From: Spirochaetota bacterium
Lineage (GTDB): Bacteria > Spirochaetota > UBA4802 > UBA5550
NCBI GenBank assembly: GCA_963664815.2
Contig: CAXXHB010000003.1
Location: 1,024,001-1,088,000, forward strand
Length of the DNA: 64,000 nt
Direction of reading: 5' to 3'
Below, in pieces: positions 9,759-19,309 of this stretch. The notes below the pieces were generated by a model. That model had not been told where the DNA came from and ran no database searches. It saw only the letters and a program-made list of their open reading frames with translations. A program made the position numbers and the translations under genes. Positions within the stretch are counted from its first letter, which is position 1. Every line of letters begins with the position of its first letter.

Positions 9759-10535
9759 ATGCGATTTATGACGGATATTATTTTAAAAGATAAAGGACCT
9801 CATAGAATACCAACAAGTTACAGGATAGATATTGCATCTCTCATGAAAGAGGGTATGAAAAATGTAAATCCTGATTTGTACTATCAATTCTGGGGTAACG
9901 ATAAGGCTAATGTTGCAAAACCTTATACTTTCTGTGTCTATATTCCGGAAGCAAAACACATAAAAGGTAATGATAGATCATATATTGAACTTAATAATGA
10001 CCGGATTTATTTTACCTTTTCGTCAAACGACCCTGCTATCGTTATAAATTTCTATAATTCAATGCTTAATATATCAGGTAAATACTCTTTGTTTAAAAGT
10101 GATGTTTTGCTTAACAATTTTCATCTTATGCCGGATGTACAGATCAAAGGGGGCAAAATGCAGTTCAGGTTGATGTCTCCCATGATTGTAAGAAATATGA
10201 ACGAGAAGGATGATGATAAAAAAAGGGGGGACAGATATATTGCATTCGATGATCCGCGATTTGCTAGTTGCCTTTATAATTCTGTAAGTGTTATGTGCAG
10301 GGATTTCCACCCTGATTCTACAGGAAACAGGCATGCCTGTCTCCTATCGGAGCAGGATTTTGTTTTTACCCCTGTGAACTGCAAAACGGTGAAAGTTTAT
10401 CATTATAAAGAGGTTATAACTGCAGTGTCAGGAACCTTCATTATTGAAGCACCGGACGATGTACTCAAGTTTATTTATGACGTTGGTATAGGCGCGCGCC
10501 GCAGCCAGGGTTTTGGTATGCTGGAAATGCTGTAG
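9759..10535 (+). CDS. cas6: CRISPR-associated endoribonuclease Cas6
   Basis: KPYTF, MSPMIV and the C-terminal Gly-rich loop GIGARRSQGFGM; heads the cas operon. Confidence 0.93.
   Translation: MRFMTDIILKDKGPHRIPTSYRIDIASLMKEGMKNVNPDLYYQFWGNDKANVAKPYTFCVYIPEAKHIKGNDRSYIELNNDRIYFTFSSNDPAIVINFYNSMLNISGKYSLFKSDVLLNNFHLMPDVQIKGGKMQFRLMSPMIVRNMNEKDDDKKRGDRYIAFDDPRFASCLYNSVSVMCRDFHPDSTGNRHACLLSEQDFVFTPVNCKTVKVYHYKEVITAVSGTFIIEAPDDVLKFIYDVGIGARRSQGFGMLEML
10320..10347. repeat. degenerate GTAG-type REP palindrome inside the cas6 coding frame
   Basis: ACAGGAAACAGGCATGCCTGTCTCCTAT, 22/28 identical to the REP at 10816 and 11124; perfect core ACAGGCATGCCTGT. Confidence 0.8.
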
Positions 10536-10557
10536 GGAAAAGGCCCCAACCTCCGTA

Positions 10558-11037
10558 GTGAACAGAGAAAGGAAATTAAACCGTTTGCCAGGGTATAATT
10601 ATTCGTTTCAGGGATTATATTTTGTGACAATTAATGTTTATAACAGGGAACCGGCATTTGGTGAAATAATAAATGGAGAAATGATGCTGAATGAATATGG
10701 TAAAATAGCAATACAATGCTGGGATGAATTACCGGATCATATAGGGTATTGTGAATTGGATAAATATGTTGTTATGCCGGATCATTTTCATGGAATTGTA
10801 ATTATTCCCGCCCCTGTAGGGAACAGGCATGCCTGTTCCCTACAGGAATCACCACAATATATGAAATTACCGGTTATCATCGGATCGTATAAATCCGCAG
10901 TATCAAAATTGATTCATATGGCAGGCAGGAAAGATTTCCGTTGGCAGAAATCGTATCATGACAGGATTATAAGGGATCAGAATGAATTGAATGCAATCAG
11001 GGAATATATACGGCAGAACCCGGAAAGGTGGCGGTAA
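10558..11037 (+). mobile_element. REP-associated tyrosine transposase (RAYT/TnpA-REP, Y1 HUH family)
   Basis: RLPGYNYS..YFVTI, MPDHFH (HUH), WQKSYHDRIIR, catalytic Tyr in EYIRQNP; probable GTG start 10558. Confidence 0.9.
10813..10846. repeat. REP palindrome within the RAYT gene
   Basis: Perfect 34-bp palindrome CCTGTAGGGAACAGGCATGCCTGTTCCCTACAGG, read as VGNRHACSLQ. Confidence 0.9.
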
Positions 11038-11119
11038 AGGAATATGAATGATACGATTAAGGTGTATGAATAAATCACAGCGTGTTATGGAAAAGATTGT
11101 GTGACAGGGAAACGGATGG

Positions 11120-11155
11120 TGTGGTAGGGAACAGGCATGCCTGTTCCCTACCACA
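11120..11155. repeat. REP palindrome between RAYT and cas8b
   Basis: Perfect 36-bp palindrome TGTG-GTAGGGAACAGGCATGCCTGTTCCCTAC-CACA. Confidence 0.9.
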
Positions 11156-11193
11156 TCGGTGAAAAATATACAGAATATGATTATGGATAGGGG

Positions 11194-12825
11194 GTGAGGG
11201 GATTGAAACACCGTGTATATATGAGAGACTGGTATTTTAATGCCGGTATTGTGGGTTTCCTGCGGGTTATCAGTAACGATGCCATGCCAGATGATCTGAA
11301 AAAGATTGAAGGTCTTGAGATAGGGGATAATTATATAGAGTTTGAAGATTATCTGCTGGAAGGGTTTATTGATAAATTTATAAGAATGGCATTCTCCATG
11401 CTTAAGGACTTATCAATTTATTCAAGAAAGTTAAACATTGTTCAAAAAGATATATCTGGAGATAAATCGGGAAAGCTAACTGTTAAGAAAGCATGTGGCA
11501 GTTTTAGTTCTTCTTATGAGAAATTTAATAAAGTGATTCTCAAACAGAATTTTGAAGAATCATCTGATTTAAGCGAATTATCAAATAAATTAAATCATTC
11601 GTTAGATCAAATGACATCCTTAGATGTTGAGATAATATATGATGAACTTATTAGAACGGACGAAGGGAAAGAGTATATTGACTGGTTTATCAATGGCTGG
11701 CAATTAAAAGGAATTACCAGTTCGGCGAATCTGGAAAAATATGCTGAAGAGGTAGGGCAATTCGATTATTCCAAAGAATTAAAGAATAATGATATTTGTC
11801 TATCCTGTCAGAAGAGAAAATCTGAGTTTGAGTTTAATAATAGCATTTCAAATGTCATTGGATTTAATAAAGACAACACAAACTGGATATGGGGCTTTAA
11901 ATCATCTAAAACCAGATTGTGCGGAATATGTTCTTTAATTTATACTTCGGCTTTTCTGAGCATGGTTAAAGTTCATAGGTATATTAATGAGAATGCAGTG
12001 GATTGCTTCTATTTTATTAATAGAAATAGTGATATGGAAGTACTTTATAAATCTTCAGCTCTTTTCAGAACAATATCTAAATCATCTGATCGTAATAAAC
12101 CATTCATATTGATTATTAAAGATACAATATTTAAAGTTCTTGAAGAACAGGCCAAGACGGTTGATGAAAATATCAACTTCATTGAAATGGCAGAAAACCC
12201 GGTTTTAGCTGGTCAAAGCTCAAAAGGCTATAATATTTATAATTATAGTATTACACCCGATCTGGCATCATTTCTAAAAAATCAGGTAAATTCAATTCCA
12301 CAGGGTTTTTATAAAACACGAGAAGGTAGCTATAGTATTGATGATGAGCTTATACAGAAATCAATAAATTATACGCTTGGTTATTCTGATATAGATAGGT
12401 ATTTCTCATATTACGTGAGAGATGGAATAATTTCGGCTTATAATATTTATCAGGTGAATAGTTTTATTTTTAGTTATATAAATCAAGTCATTCAATCCGG
12501 AGGAGAGATGGAAGATAGAAAGAATGTAATCAACAAAGCTTTTTATAATGGGAAGGAACTTGCTGATCTTTTAAAATTAAATAAAAGAGAAAACCAGATC
12601 GATGGTATTGTTTACGGTTTGCTTAACGATCTTAAAATTTCCGATAAGGAGAAGTTCCTGGATAAATATATCCGTTTAATGATGAGTCATAAAATGGAAC
12701 TAAAATTCGGCAGTAATAATGAAATGGCTGATACCGACAGCTTCCTTCAGTTCGGCTACTCGTTTATTAATGGATTACTCAGCAATCATGGGAAGAAAAT
12801 AGAAAAGGAGAATACAAATGGCTAA
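11194..12825 (+). CDS. cas8b: type I-B large subunit Cas8b1/Cst1 (CxxC-CxxC type)
   Basis: DWYFNAGIVGF N-terminus; CLSC and CGIC zinc motifs; position between cas6 and cas7; start uncertain (11194/11203/11221). Confidence 0.85.
   Translation: MRGLKHRVYMRDWYFNAGIVGFLRVISNDAMPDDLKKIEGLEIGDNYIEFEDYLLEGFIDKFIRMAFSMLKDLSIYSRKLNIVQKDISGDKSGKLTVKKACGSFSSSYEKFNKVILKQNFEESSDLSELSNKLNHSLDQMTSLDVEIIYDELIRTDEGKEYIDWFINGWQLKGITSSANLEKYAEEVGQFDYSKELKNNDICLSCQKRKSEFEFNNSISNVIGFNKDNTNWIWGFKSSKTRLCGICSLIYTSAFLSMVKVHRYINENAVDCFYFINRNSDMEVLYKSSALFRTISKSSDRNKPFILIIKDTIFKVLEEQAKTVDENINFIEMAENPVLAGQSSKGYNIYNYSITPDLASFLKNQVNSIPQGFYKTREGSYSIDDELIQKSINYTLGYSDIDRYFSYYVRDGIISAYNIYQVNSFIFSYINQVIQSGGEMEDRKNVINKAFYNGKELADLLKLNKRENQIDGIVYGLLNDLKISDKEKFLDKYIRLMMSHKMELKFGSNNEMADTDSFLQFGYSFINGLLSNHGKKIEKENTNG
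12508..12825 (+). CDS. cas11: putative Cas11 small subunit translated internally from cas8b (105 aa)
   Basis: In-frame ATG 12508 preceded by a GGAGG(AG) RBS at 12499-12505; helical C-terminal domain. Confidence 0.6.
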   Translation: MEDRKNVINKAFYNGKELADLLKLNKRENQIDGIVYGLLNDLKISDKEKFLDKYIRLMMSHKMELKFGSNNEMADTDSFLQFGYSFINGLLSNHGKKIEKENTNG

Positions 12826-13717
12826 GCATGTTACTTTAACAGTTCTTTTTGAGGGTTCTAATCTGAATTATGGTGAGGGTTTTGGAAATATCCAATCATT
12901 AAAGAAAGTCAGCAGTAAAGGGAAAAATTATTCTTATATAAGCAGGCAGGCTTTAAGATATGATATTGTAAGGATTATGAATGAAGAATTTGGTGTAGCA
13001 CTTACACCGATAGGAAAAGATGGTAAAGTAATCCAGTTTGATAAAAACGCATTTATTACCGATTTTCCTGAAATTGATCTGTTCGGCTATATGAAAACAG
13101 GGTCCAATGCAAACAAAGGAAATCAGGAAATAAGAAAAGCTATTGTGCGGCTCACTGATGCAGTTAGTATTGAACCATATAATAATGATATGGATTTTGG
13201 AAATAATATGGGCCTGGCAAGAAGAAAGGAGGGGGAGGATAATGGTCTTTTCCAGTCTGAAATTCATAAGGCATTCTATTCATATACGATTACTATTGAT
13301 CTTGATAAAATCGGTATTGATGACAATGATAAAACTAAACTATCTGATGATGAGAAAGAAAAGCGTATAAAGACTTTGCTTGATTCAATAAAGATTTTAT
13401 ACCGTGATATTAAAGGTAAAAGAGAGAATCTGGCACCGTGCTTCGTTATAGGGGGTGTTTTTGATTCGGGTAATCCATTTTTTTATAACAGGGTGGGTCT
13501 TGATTTTCAGAAAGATAAAATACTTCTTAATACACGGATGATTAATGATGTGCTAAAAACCACAATTAATGAAAAGGCCATTAAAGAATCTGCATGTGTC
13601 GGGTATGTGGATGGATTGTTTTCAAATATTGATGATATTGAATTAAAAGCAAAATCTGCGGTTGAGGATTTTTTTAAAGATTTAAAGAAAAAGATATCTG
13701 AATCACTGAAAGGTTAA
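12818..13717 (+). CDS. cas7: type I-B Cas7/Cst2/DevR
   Basis: NLNYGEGFGNI..LKK, YISRQALRY, EIDLFGYM, RLTDAVS motifs. Confidence 0.92.
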   Translation: MAKHVTLTVLFEGSNLNYGEGFGNIQSLKKVSSKGKNYSYISRQALRYDIVRIMNEEFGVALTPIGKDGKVIQFDKNAFITDFPEIDLFGYMKTGSNANKGNQEIRKAIVRLTDAVSIEPYNNDMDFGNNMGLARRKEGEDNGLFQSEIHKAFYSYTITIDLDKIGIDDNDKTKLSDDEKEKRIKTLLDSIKILYRDIKGKRENLAPCFVIGGVFDSGNPFFYNRVGLDFQKDKILLNTRMINDVLKTTINEKAIKESACVGYVDGLFSNIDDIELKAKSAVEDFFKDLKKKISESLKG

Positions 13718-13720
13718 AAA

Positions 13721-14431
13721 ATGCAGGTGGTTAAGATCAAGCTTTACCAGAATATGGTTAATTATCGCATGGAGATGAGCTATGGATATGTACAGACATA
13801 TCCTTTACCAACACCTTCTATGGTAAGAGGTATGGCTCATAGCCTTATAGGTGCCAGAGAGTATCATCCATTAAAGATCTCAATCCAAGGTTGTAGCAGT
13901 TCAGTTGTAACGAATATGCAGAAAATTTTTAAGTTCGACAGGAAGGGGCGATATCCTGTGCCGGTAGCAGTCAATTCAGATGAATACAATCAGAGCGTCA
14001 ATAGAGGTTTAATGTATGTTGATCAGATTGTTGATATGAATCTGATATTGCATATATCATTTGCCGATAATTCGCTGAATAGTAAGCTTGTTGAATCGAT
14101 AAATAATAATACTGTAGTTCTTGGAAGAAACGAAGATGTTGCAAGAGTAGATGAATGTCAAATTATCGATCTCCATGAAGAAAAATCACGACATCAGAGA
14201 TTACCATTCAATATGTATCTCCCGAAAGAATATTGCGATAATAATAATCTGTCAGGAACAGTTTACAGATTACCTTTTAAATATAATGATGTTTCATCAT
14301 TCGCAGATAAAAGAATTTTCCAGTTTGTTGATGTAAAATATATCAGCAGCGGAAGAGAGCTTGCAAAACAGAAATTTCCAATAGATGATGCTGGTAATCC
14401 TGTTGCATTATTAGGGATTGAAGATGATTAA
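13721..14431 (+). CDS. cas5: type I-B Cas5
   Basis: TYPLPTPSMVRGM N-terminal motif; VLGRNED. Confidence 0.9.
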   Translation: MQVVKIKLYQNMVNYRMEMSYGYVQTYPLPTPSMVRGMAHSLIGAREYHPLKISIQGCSSSVVTNMQKIFKFDRKGRYPVPVAVNSDEYNQSVNRGLMYVDQIVDMNLILHISFADNSLNSKLVESINNNTVVLGRNEDVARVDECQIIDLHEEKSRHQRLPFNMYLPKEYCDNNNLSGTVYRLPFKYNDVSSFADKRIFQFVDVKYISSGRELAKQKFPIDDAGNPVALLGIEDD

Positions 14432-16673
14432 TATTTATGCCAAATCTAAACCACCTGAGAGTTTGATTGATCATACTAATCATCTTCTTCAATCATTCGA
14501 AAGATTTAAACGATATCAAATTAGCAGTCAAATAAACAATTATTCAGAATGCATCAAGAGAATATTGTATTATCATGATCAGGGGAAAGCCAATATTCCA
14601 TTTCAAAACTTGATAAGGAAAAGTTTAAAACTGGAGCCTCTGGGTAAAAGTGCATTTAATAAAAGCATCCCACATGAATGGTTATCGTTAAGTTTTATCA
14701 GTGAAGAGGATGAATCTTTTTTTCATTCACTCGATTATAAAAATATAAGCTTCTATGATCTTGCCTGTTATTCTATTGCATTTCATCATAGCCGTAGTTT
14801 TCCTGCTAATTCTAAAGAACTGGAATTGCAGGTAAAAGAAATTATTGATAATTCTGATTTGTTAGAGATTAAGAATGAGTTATACACTGTAACCGATATA
14901 AAAGGTATTCAGAGTAAAATTGAATCTCCAGAATACTGGCCATCCTATTTCCCCTATGTCGTTTATTTTAAAGGCATCCTCCACAAGTGCGATTACGCGG
15001 CATCAGCACATATAGAGGCAGAACAGGTGTATGAGCCCGAAGGTAAATACTCCGATCATTTCACCGAAGGTCTAAAGAAAAAAGATATTAAAGCTTTGTA
15101 CGACTACCAACTAAAAGCCTGTGAATACTCTGATAAAAGCATAATCTTCATAGCATCCACAGGCGCAGGTAAAACGGAATACTCAATGAACTGGATAAAT
15201 GGTGACAAGGCTTTTTACCTGCTTGGACTACGCACAGCTGTAAATGCAATGTATGACCGCTTCACTGATATGTTTTCAAAAGAGAATGTCGGCCTTCTTC
15301 ATGGTGAGAGCATATACAGGCTCCTTGATGATGATAAAAACAACAATGATTATGAAGATGATGAGGATGTATTTACACAGCATACAAAGATAAGGCAGCT
15401 TTCAATGCCGATTACTGTGGCAACTGCTGACCAGCTTATACCTTCAGTTTTCAAGTTTCCCGGATTCGAGTTCTATTATTTTACAGCATCGTACAGTAAA
15501 ATAGTAATAGATGAAATACAGAGCTTTGCCCCTGAAACGATTGCATCGATTGTTGTGTTTTTAAAAGAGATACAGAGGCTTGGCGGAAAGTTTCTTCTAA
15601 TGACAGCCACGTTGCCACAGTTTATTATTAACGAATTTAATGAACTATATGAATCAGGTGTGCTCGCAAGAGAATGTTTCCATTCTCAGAAAAGACGCCA
15701 TGTGATTAAACTTATAGGTGATAATCTTTCATGTAACTCTGCAGAGCAGATTATTGATGATGCATTTAAAACAGAAAAAAAAGTTCTTGTTATATCCAAT
15801 ACTGTTGCAGGCGCGCAGAGACTTGCAGAGAGGTACAGCAGCTTTGAACCGGAGCTTCTTCATTCCAGGTTTATACGTTCAGACCGGAAGAAAAAAGAAG
15901 ATAAGATTTTTGATGAAACAGACTATGTTAATCATCCGGAAAATAAAAATAAGTCATGCCTTTGGATTTCTACTCAGATCGTTGAGGCAAGCCTTGATAT
16001 TGATTTTGATATTCTGCTTACTGAGAATGCCACAATAGATGCATTGTTCCAGAGGTTCGGCAGGTGCTGGCGCAAACGCGTATATGATTCATCTGAACCG
16101 AACATCTATATATTCAAACCGGAAGATGAAGGAATAAATAATCTTATTTATGATAAAGAAATTTCAGAAAAGACATGGAATATCCTGATGGGATATAATG
16201 AGATGCATATATCTGAAGAAGATAAACAAGAAATAATTGATAAGGTATTTTCGGATATAGAGAATACTGATTATTATAAAAAGTATAAAAGAATTAAAGA
16301 GTTGCTTACTCTTGGTCTGAGAGCTGAAAAAGCAAATGAAGCAAGAGATTTATTCAGAAATATTAATAGTAACTATACTGTAATTCCTGAACCTGTATTT
16401 AATAAACATAAAGAAAAAATTGAACAATTGTTTGCAGATATTGATAACAGAGAATTAGGTGCTAAGGAAAGGTATAGTCTTAAAAACGAATTATTTGGTT
16501 TTACTGTCCCTGTGCAATTACTGGGTAAAAGGCATGAGCTTTTACATCCTATACCTGTTTTAAAAGGGAATCCGCGAAAGCTTGACATCTGGCTGCTGGA
16601 AGGTGTAAATTATGATAGCAAAAAGGGTGCAGAGTTTATAAAGTGTTATAAAACCAGCGCGAAAATAATATAG
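14418..16673 (+). CDS. cas3: Cas3 HD nuclease-helicase
   Basis: HD motifs (YHDQGK, HE, HH, CDYAAS); Walker A STGAGKT; DEIQ, TAT, QRFGR. Confidence 0.95.
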   Translation: MKMINIYAKSKPPESLIDHTNHLLQSFERFKRYQISSQINNYSECIKRILYYHDQGKANIPFQNLIRKSLKLEPLGKSAFNKSIPHEWLSLSFISEEDESFFHSLDYKNISFYDLACYSIAFHHSRSFPANSKELELQVKEIIDNSDLLEIKNELYTVTDIKGIQSKIESPEYWPSYFPYVVYFKGILHKCDYAASAHIEAEQVYEPEGKYSDHFTEGLKKKDIKALYDYQLKACEYSDKSIIFIASTGAGKTEYSMNWINGDKAFYLLGLRTAVNAMYDRFTDMFSKENVGLLHGESIYRLLDDDKNNNDYEDDEDVFTQHTKIRQLSMPITVATADQLIPSVFKFPGFEFYYFTASYSKIVIDEIQSFAPETIASIVVFLKEIQRLGGKFLLMTATLPQFIINEFNELYESGVLARECFHSQKRRHVIKLIGDNLSCNSAEQIIDDAFKTEKKVLVISNTVAGAQRLAERYSSFEPELLHSRFIRSDRKKKEDKIFDETDYVNHPENKNKSCLWISTQIVEASLDIDFDILLTENATIDALFQRFGRCWRKRVYDSSEPNIYIFKPEDEGINNLIYDKEISEKTWNILMGYNEMHISEEDKQEIIDKVFSDIENTDYYKKYKRIKELLTLGLRAEKANEARDLFRNINSNYTVIPEPVFNKHKEKIEQLFADIDNRELGAKERYSLKNELFGFTVPVQLLGKRHELLHPIPVLKGNPRKLDIWLLEGVNYDSKKGAEFIKCYKTSAKII

Positions 16674-16689
16674 AACAGAGAGATCCGGC

Positions 16690-16992
16690 ATGAACAGAAT
16701 AATAACACTTGAAACTGCACTTGAAATATTACGCAAACATAAACTACAATTAGCCGAGAGATACGGCATTACAGAACTTGGCATTTTCGGCTCTGTAGCC
16801 CGTGGGGATGCCGGGGCTGACAGTGACATTGATATTGTAGTGAAGATGAAAAAACCAGACCTTTTTTATATGGTACATATCAAAGAGGAGCTTGAAGAGG
16901 AATACCAGGCAAGCGTTGATATAATTCATTACAGGGAAAAAATGAATCCACTGCTCAAGCAGAGGATTGATAAAGAGGCTGTCTATGTTTGA
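16690..16992 (+). CDS. minimal nucleotidyltransferase (MNT, MntA-type antitoxin)
   Basis: IFGSVARGDAGADSDIDI (GSx10DxD); 100 aa. Confidence 0.9.
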   Translation: MNRIITLETALEILRKHKLQLAERYGITELGIFGSVARGDAGADSDIDIVVKMKKPDLFYMVHIKEELEEEYQASVDIIHYREKMNPLLKQRIDKEAVYV

Positions 16993-17356
16993 CCGGGAAC
17001 TGGTAAGAGGGGTTTTGTTGCAAATTCAGACCGCAATAGAACGTGTTTCGCGCAGGTCGTCTTCCGTAGAAAGTCCGGATGATTTTTTAGCATCTGACGA
17101 GGGCATTGACAAACTTGACGCAATATGCATGATGCTCATAGCGATAGGAGAGAGCCTCAAATATATTGATAAACTGACGGATAAATCATTATTGAATAAT
17201 TATCCGCAGGTTGACTGGAAAGGCGCCAAGGGTGTAAGAGACATTATAGGACATCATTACTTTGACCTTGATGCTGAAATTGTTTTTACAATATGTAGGG
17301 AACATATACCGGATATGGCAACTGTTATCAGGCAAATGATAAAGGATATCAACTGA
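16985..17356 (+). CDS. HEPN/DUF86 ribonuclease (HepT-type toxin)
   Basis: IGES and W...G.RDIIGHHYF (Rx4HxY); overlaps the MNT gene. Confidence 0.88.
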   Translation: MFDRELVRGVLLQIQTAIERVSRRSSSVESPDDFLASDEGIDKLDAICMMLIAIGESLKYIDKLTDKSLLNNYPQVDWKGAKGVRDIIGHHYFDLDAEIVFTICREHIPDMATVIRQMIKDIN

Positions 17357-17446
17357 TGGCGCACAGGCTGGAACTTAAAGAGAGAATCATGGCAAAGGTA
17401 GTATTTATTTAAATAGAACCTGAATACTCTAACCAGGGAGCACAAC

Positions 17447-17530
17447 ATGAACTGGCAGGAAAGAATAGCATCTAACCCGGAAATTCTGTCTGTTATTGGC
17501 ATGCTCTATGAAAAATATAAGGACCAATGA
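17447..17530 (+). pseudogene. truncated DUF433-like antitoxin remnant
   Basis: AGGGAG RBS, then MNWQERIASNPEIL..., matching the DUF433 N-terminus but lacking the GKP.I.GTR core; 27 aa; stop overlaps the cas4 ATG. Confidence 0.55.
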
Positions 17531-18030
17531 GCGATTATATCGATAACGACATTACCGGAGTGGAGATAAGTTACTATTTTCTCTGCAAAAGAAAGCTGTG
17601 GCTGTTCAGTCACAACATACAGATGGAGCATACAAGCGAAGCTGTAGAGATGGGTGCAAATATACATGAAAATTCATACAAAAGAAAAAGACGCGAGATT
17701 GAACTTGACGGTATAAAGCTCGACTTCATTGAACCTGGCAGGGGACTTATACATGAAGTTAAGAAATCAAAGGCTGTTGAATCTTCGCATATATGGCAGC
17801 TTAAGTATTATATATACAGACTTAAAAACCTTGGCGTATTATTCACCGGTAAAATAGATTATCCGCTCATAAGAAGAACGGAGGATGTTGTGCTTGAAGA
17901 TGAGGATGAAAAGGAAATTGTATCAATACTTGGAGAGATAAGCAGAGTCAAGTCATTTGCAGCGCCGCCGTCGGGAAAGATGTCGGGTATATGTAAAAAA
18001 TGCAGCTACTACGAGTTCTGTTTCGCATGA
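17527..18030 (+). CDS. cas4: Cas4 exonuclease
   Basis: YYFLCKRKLW, HENSY, EVKKS, QLKYY, CKKCSYYEFC Fe-S cysteines. Confidence 0.95.
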   Translation: MSDYIDNDITGVEISYYFLCKRKLWLFSHNIQMEHTSEAVEMGANIHENSYKRKRREIELDGIKLDFIEPGRGLIHEVKKSKAVESSHIWQLKYYIYRLKNLGVLFTGKIDYPLIRRTEDVVLEDEDEKEIVSILGEISRVKSFAAPPSGKMSGICKKCSYYEFCFA

Positions 18031-18031
18031 T

Positions 18032-19024
18032 ATGAGAGATTACTATATATTCAAATCCGGAAGACTCGCCAGGCAGGATAATACTCTGATGTTGAGTCAT
18101 GATGATGAAAACGGTTTTGAGCAGAAGGTGCCGATACCTGTTGAAGATGTAGACTGTATATTTATATTTGGCGAGATGAACCTTAACACAAAACTGTTGA
18201 ATTTTCTGAGCCAACATAATGTTATGCTTCATATATTCAATTATTACGGTTTTTATTCCGGTACATTTTATCCAAGGGAGTTTCTTAATGCCGGTGATGT
18301 GATTGTTAAACAGTCGATGTTTTATCTTGATCCTGACAAACGACTGTATATAGCGAAAGAGTTTATCCGTGGTGCTGGTTATGGGATTATCCAGAATCTT
18401 AAAAGATATAAGGATAAGTGTACTGAACAGCTTGAAAAGATAGAAGCGCTCTTTGAAAACATAGATAATCAGTATGATATACCGTCACTGATGGGCATTG
18501 AAGGAAATATCAGGGACATATACTACAGGACGTTCCCTCTGATTATAAACCAGGAGATTGTGTTCGAAAAAAGGGTGAAGAATCCTCCTGATAACATGAT
18601 GAATGCTTTTATCTCCTTCATGAACAGCCTTGTGTATACTGCTGTACTGAAGGAAATTTACAGGACACAGCTTAACCCGACAGTGAGTTTTCTGCATGAA
18701 CCATCCTACCGGAGGTTTTCCCTTGCACTTGATGTGGCGGAGATTTTCAAACCTATTTTTGCCGACAGGATCATATTCAGCCTTATGAACAACAACCAGA
18801 TTACAGAAAGACATTTTGATAAGGAGCTGAATTATGCCTATCTCCTTGAGCAGGGCCGCAGGATTGTTGTGCAGGAATTTGATGAAAAGCTGAATACGAC
18901 TGTATACCATAAGCAGCTTAAAAAGAACGTTTCATACAGGCGGATCATTAGACTTGAGCTTTACAGGCTTATCAAGCATATACTTGGTGAAGAGGAGTAT
19001 AAATCTTTTCGTATATGGTGGTGA
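18032..19024 (+). CDS. cas1: type I-B Cas1 integrase
   Basis: GRLARQDNTL, FNYYGFYSG, LMGIEG, NAFISF, SFLHEP, LALDVAEIFKP, terminal WW. Confidence 0.96.
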   Translation: MRDYYIFKSGRLARQDNTLMLSHDDENGFEQKVPIPVEDVDCIFIFGEMNLNTKLLNFLSQHNVMLHIFNYYGFYSGTFYPREFLNAGDVIVKQSMFYLDPDKRLYIAKEFIRGAGYGIIQNLKRYKDKCTEQLEKIEALFENIDNQYDIPSLMGIEGNIRDIYYRTFPLIINQEIVFEKRVKNPPDNMMNAFISFMNSLVYTAVLKEIYRTQLNPTVSFLHEPSYRRFSLALDVAEIFKPIFADRIIFSLMNNNQITERHFDKELNYAYLLEQGRRIVVQEFDEKLNTTVYHKQLKKNVSYRRIIRLELYRLIKHILGEEEYKSFRIWW

Positions 19025-19027
19025 TAT

Positions 19028-19309
19028 ATGTTTGCCATTGCGGTTTATGATATTTCAACAATGGATGCAGCAGGCAGGAGAAGGTTGCCGAAAGTTATGA
19101 AAACAATGAGAAAATACCTTCATCATTCTCAAAAGTCAGTATTTGAAGGTGATATTACAGAGGCAAAGTTTTTCGCATTAAAGAGGGAAATTGAAGATTT
19201 GATTGACAGTAACGAGGATTATGTTGTTTTTTATAAAGTACCGGGTATTACAGGTCTTGACAGGATCAATATTGGCAAAGACTTTAATCCGAATTCAAAT
19301 ATATTGTAA
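19028..19309 (+). CDS. cas2: Cas2
   Basis: AVYDIS, KYLHHSQKSVFEGDI. Confidence 0.95.
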   Translation: MFAIAVYDISTMDAAGRRRLPKVMKTMRKYLHHSQKSVFEGDITEAKFFALKREIEDLIDSNEDYVVFYKVPGITGLDRINIGKDFNPNSNIL

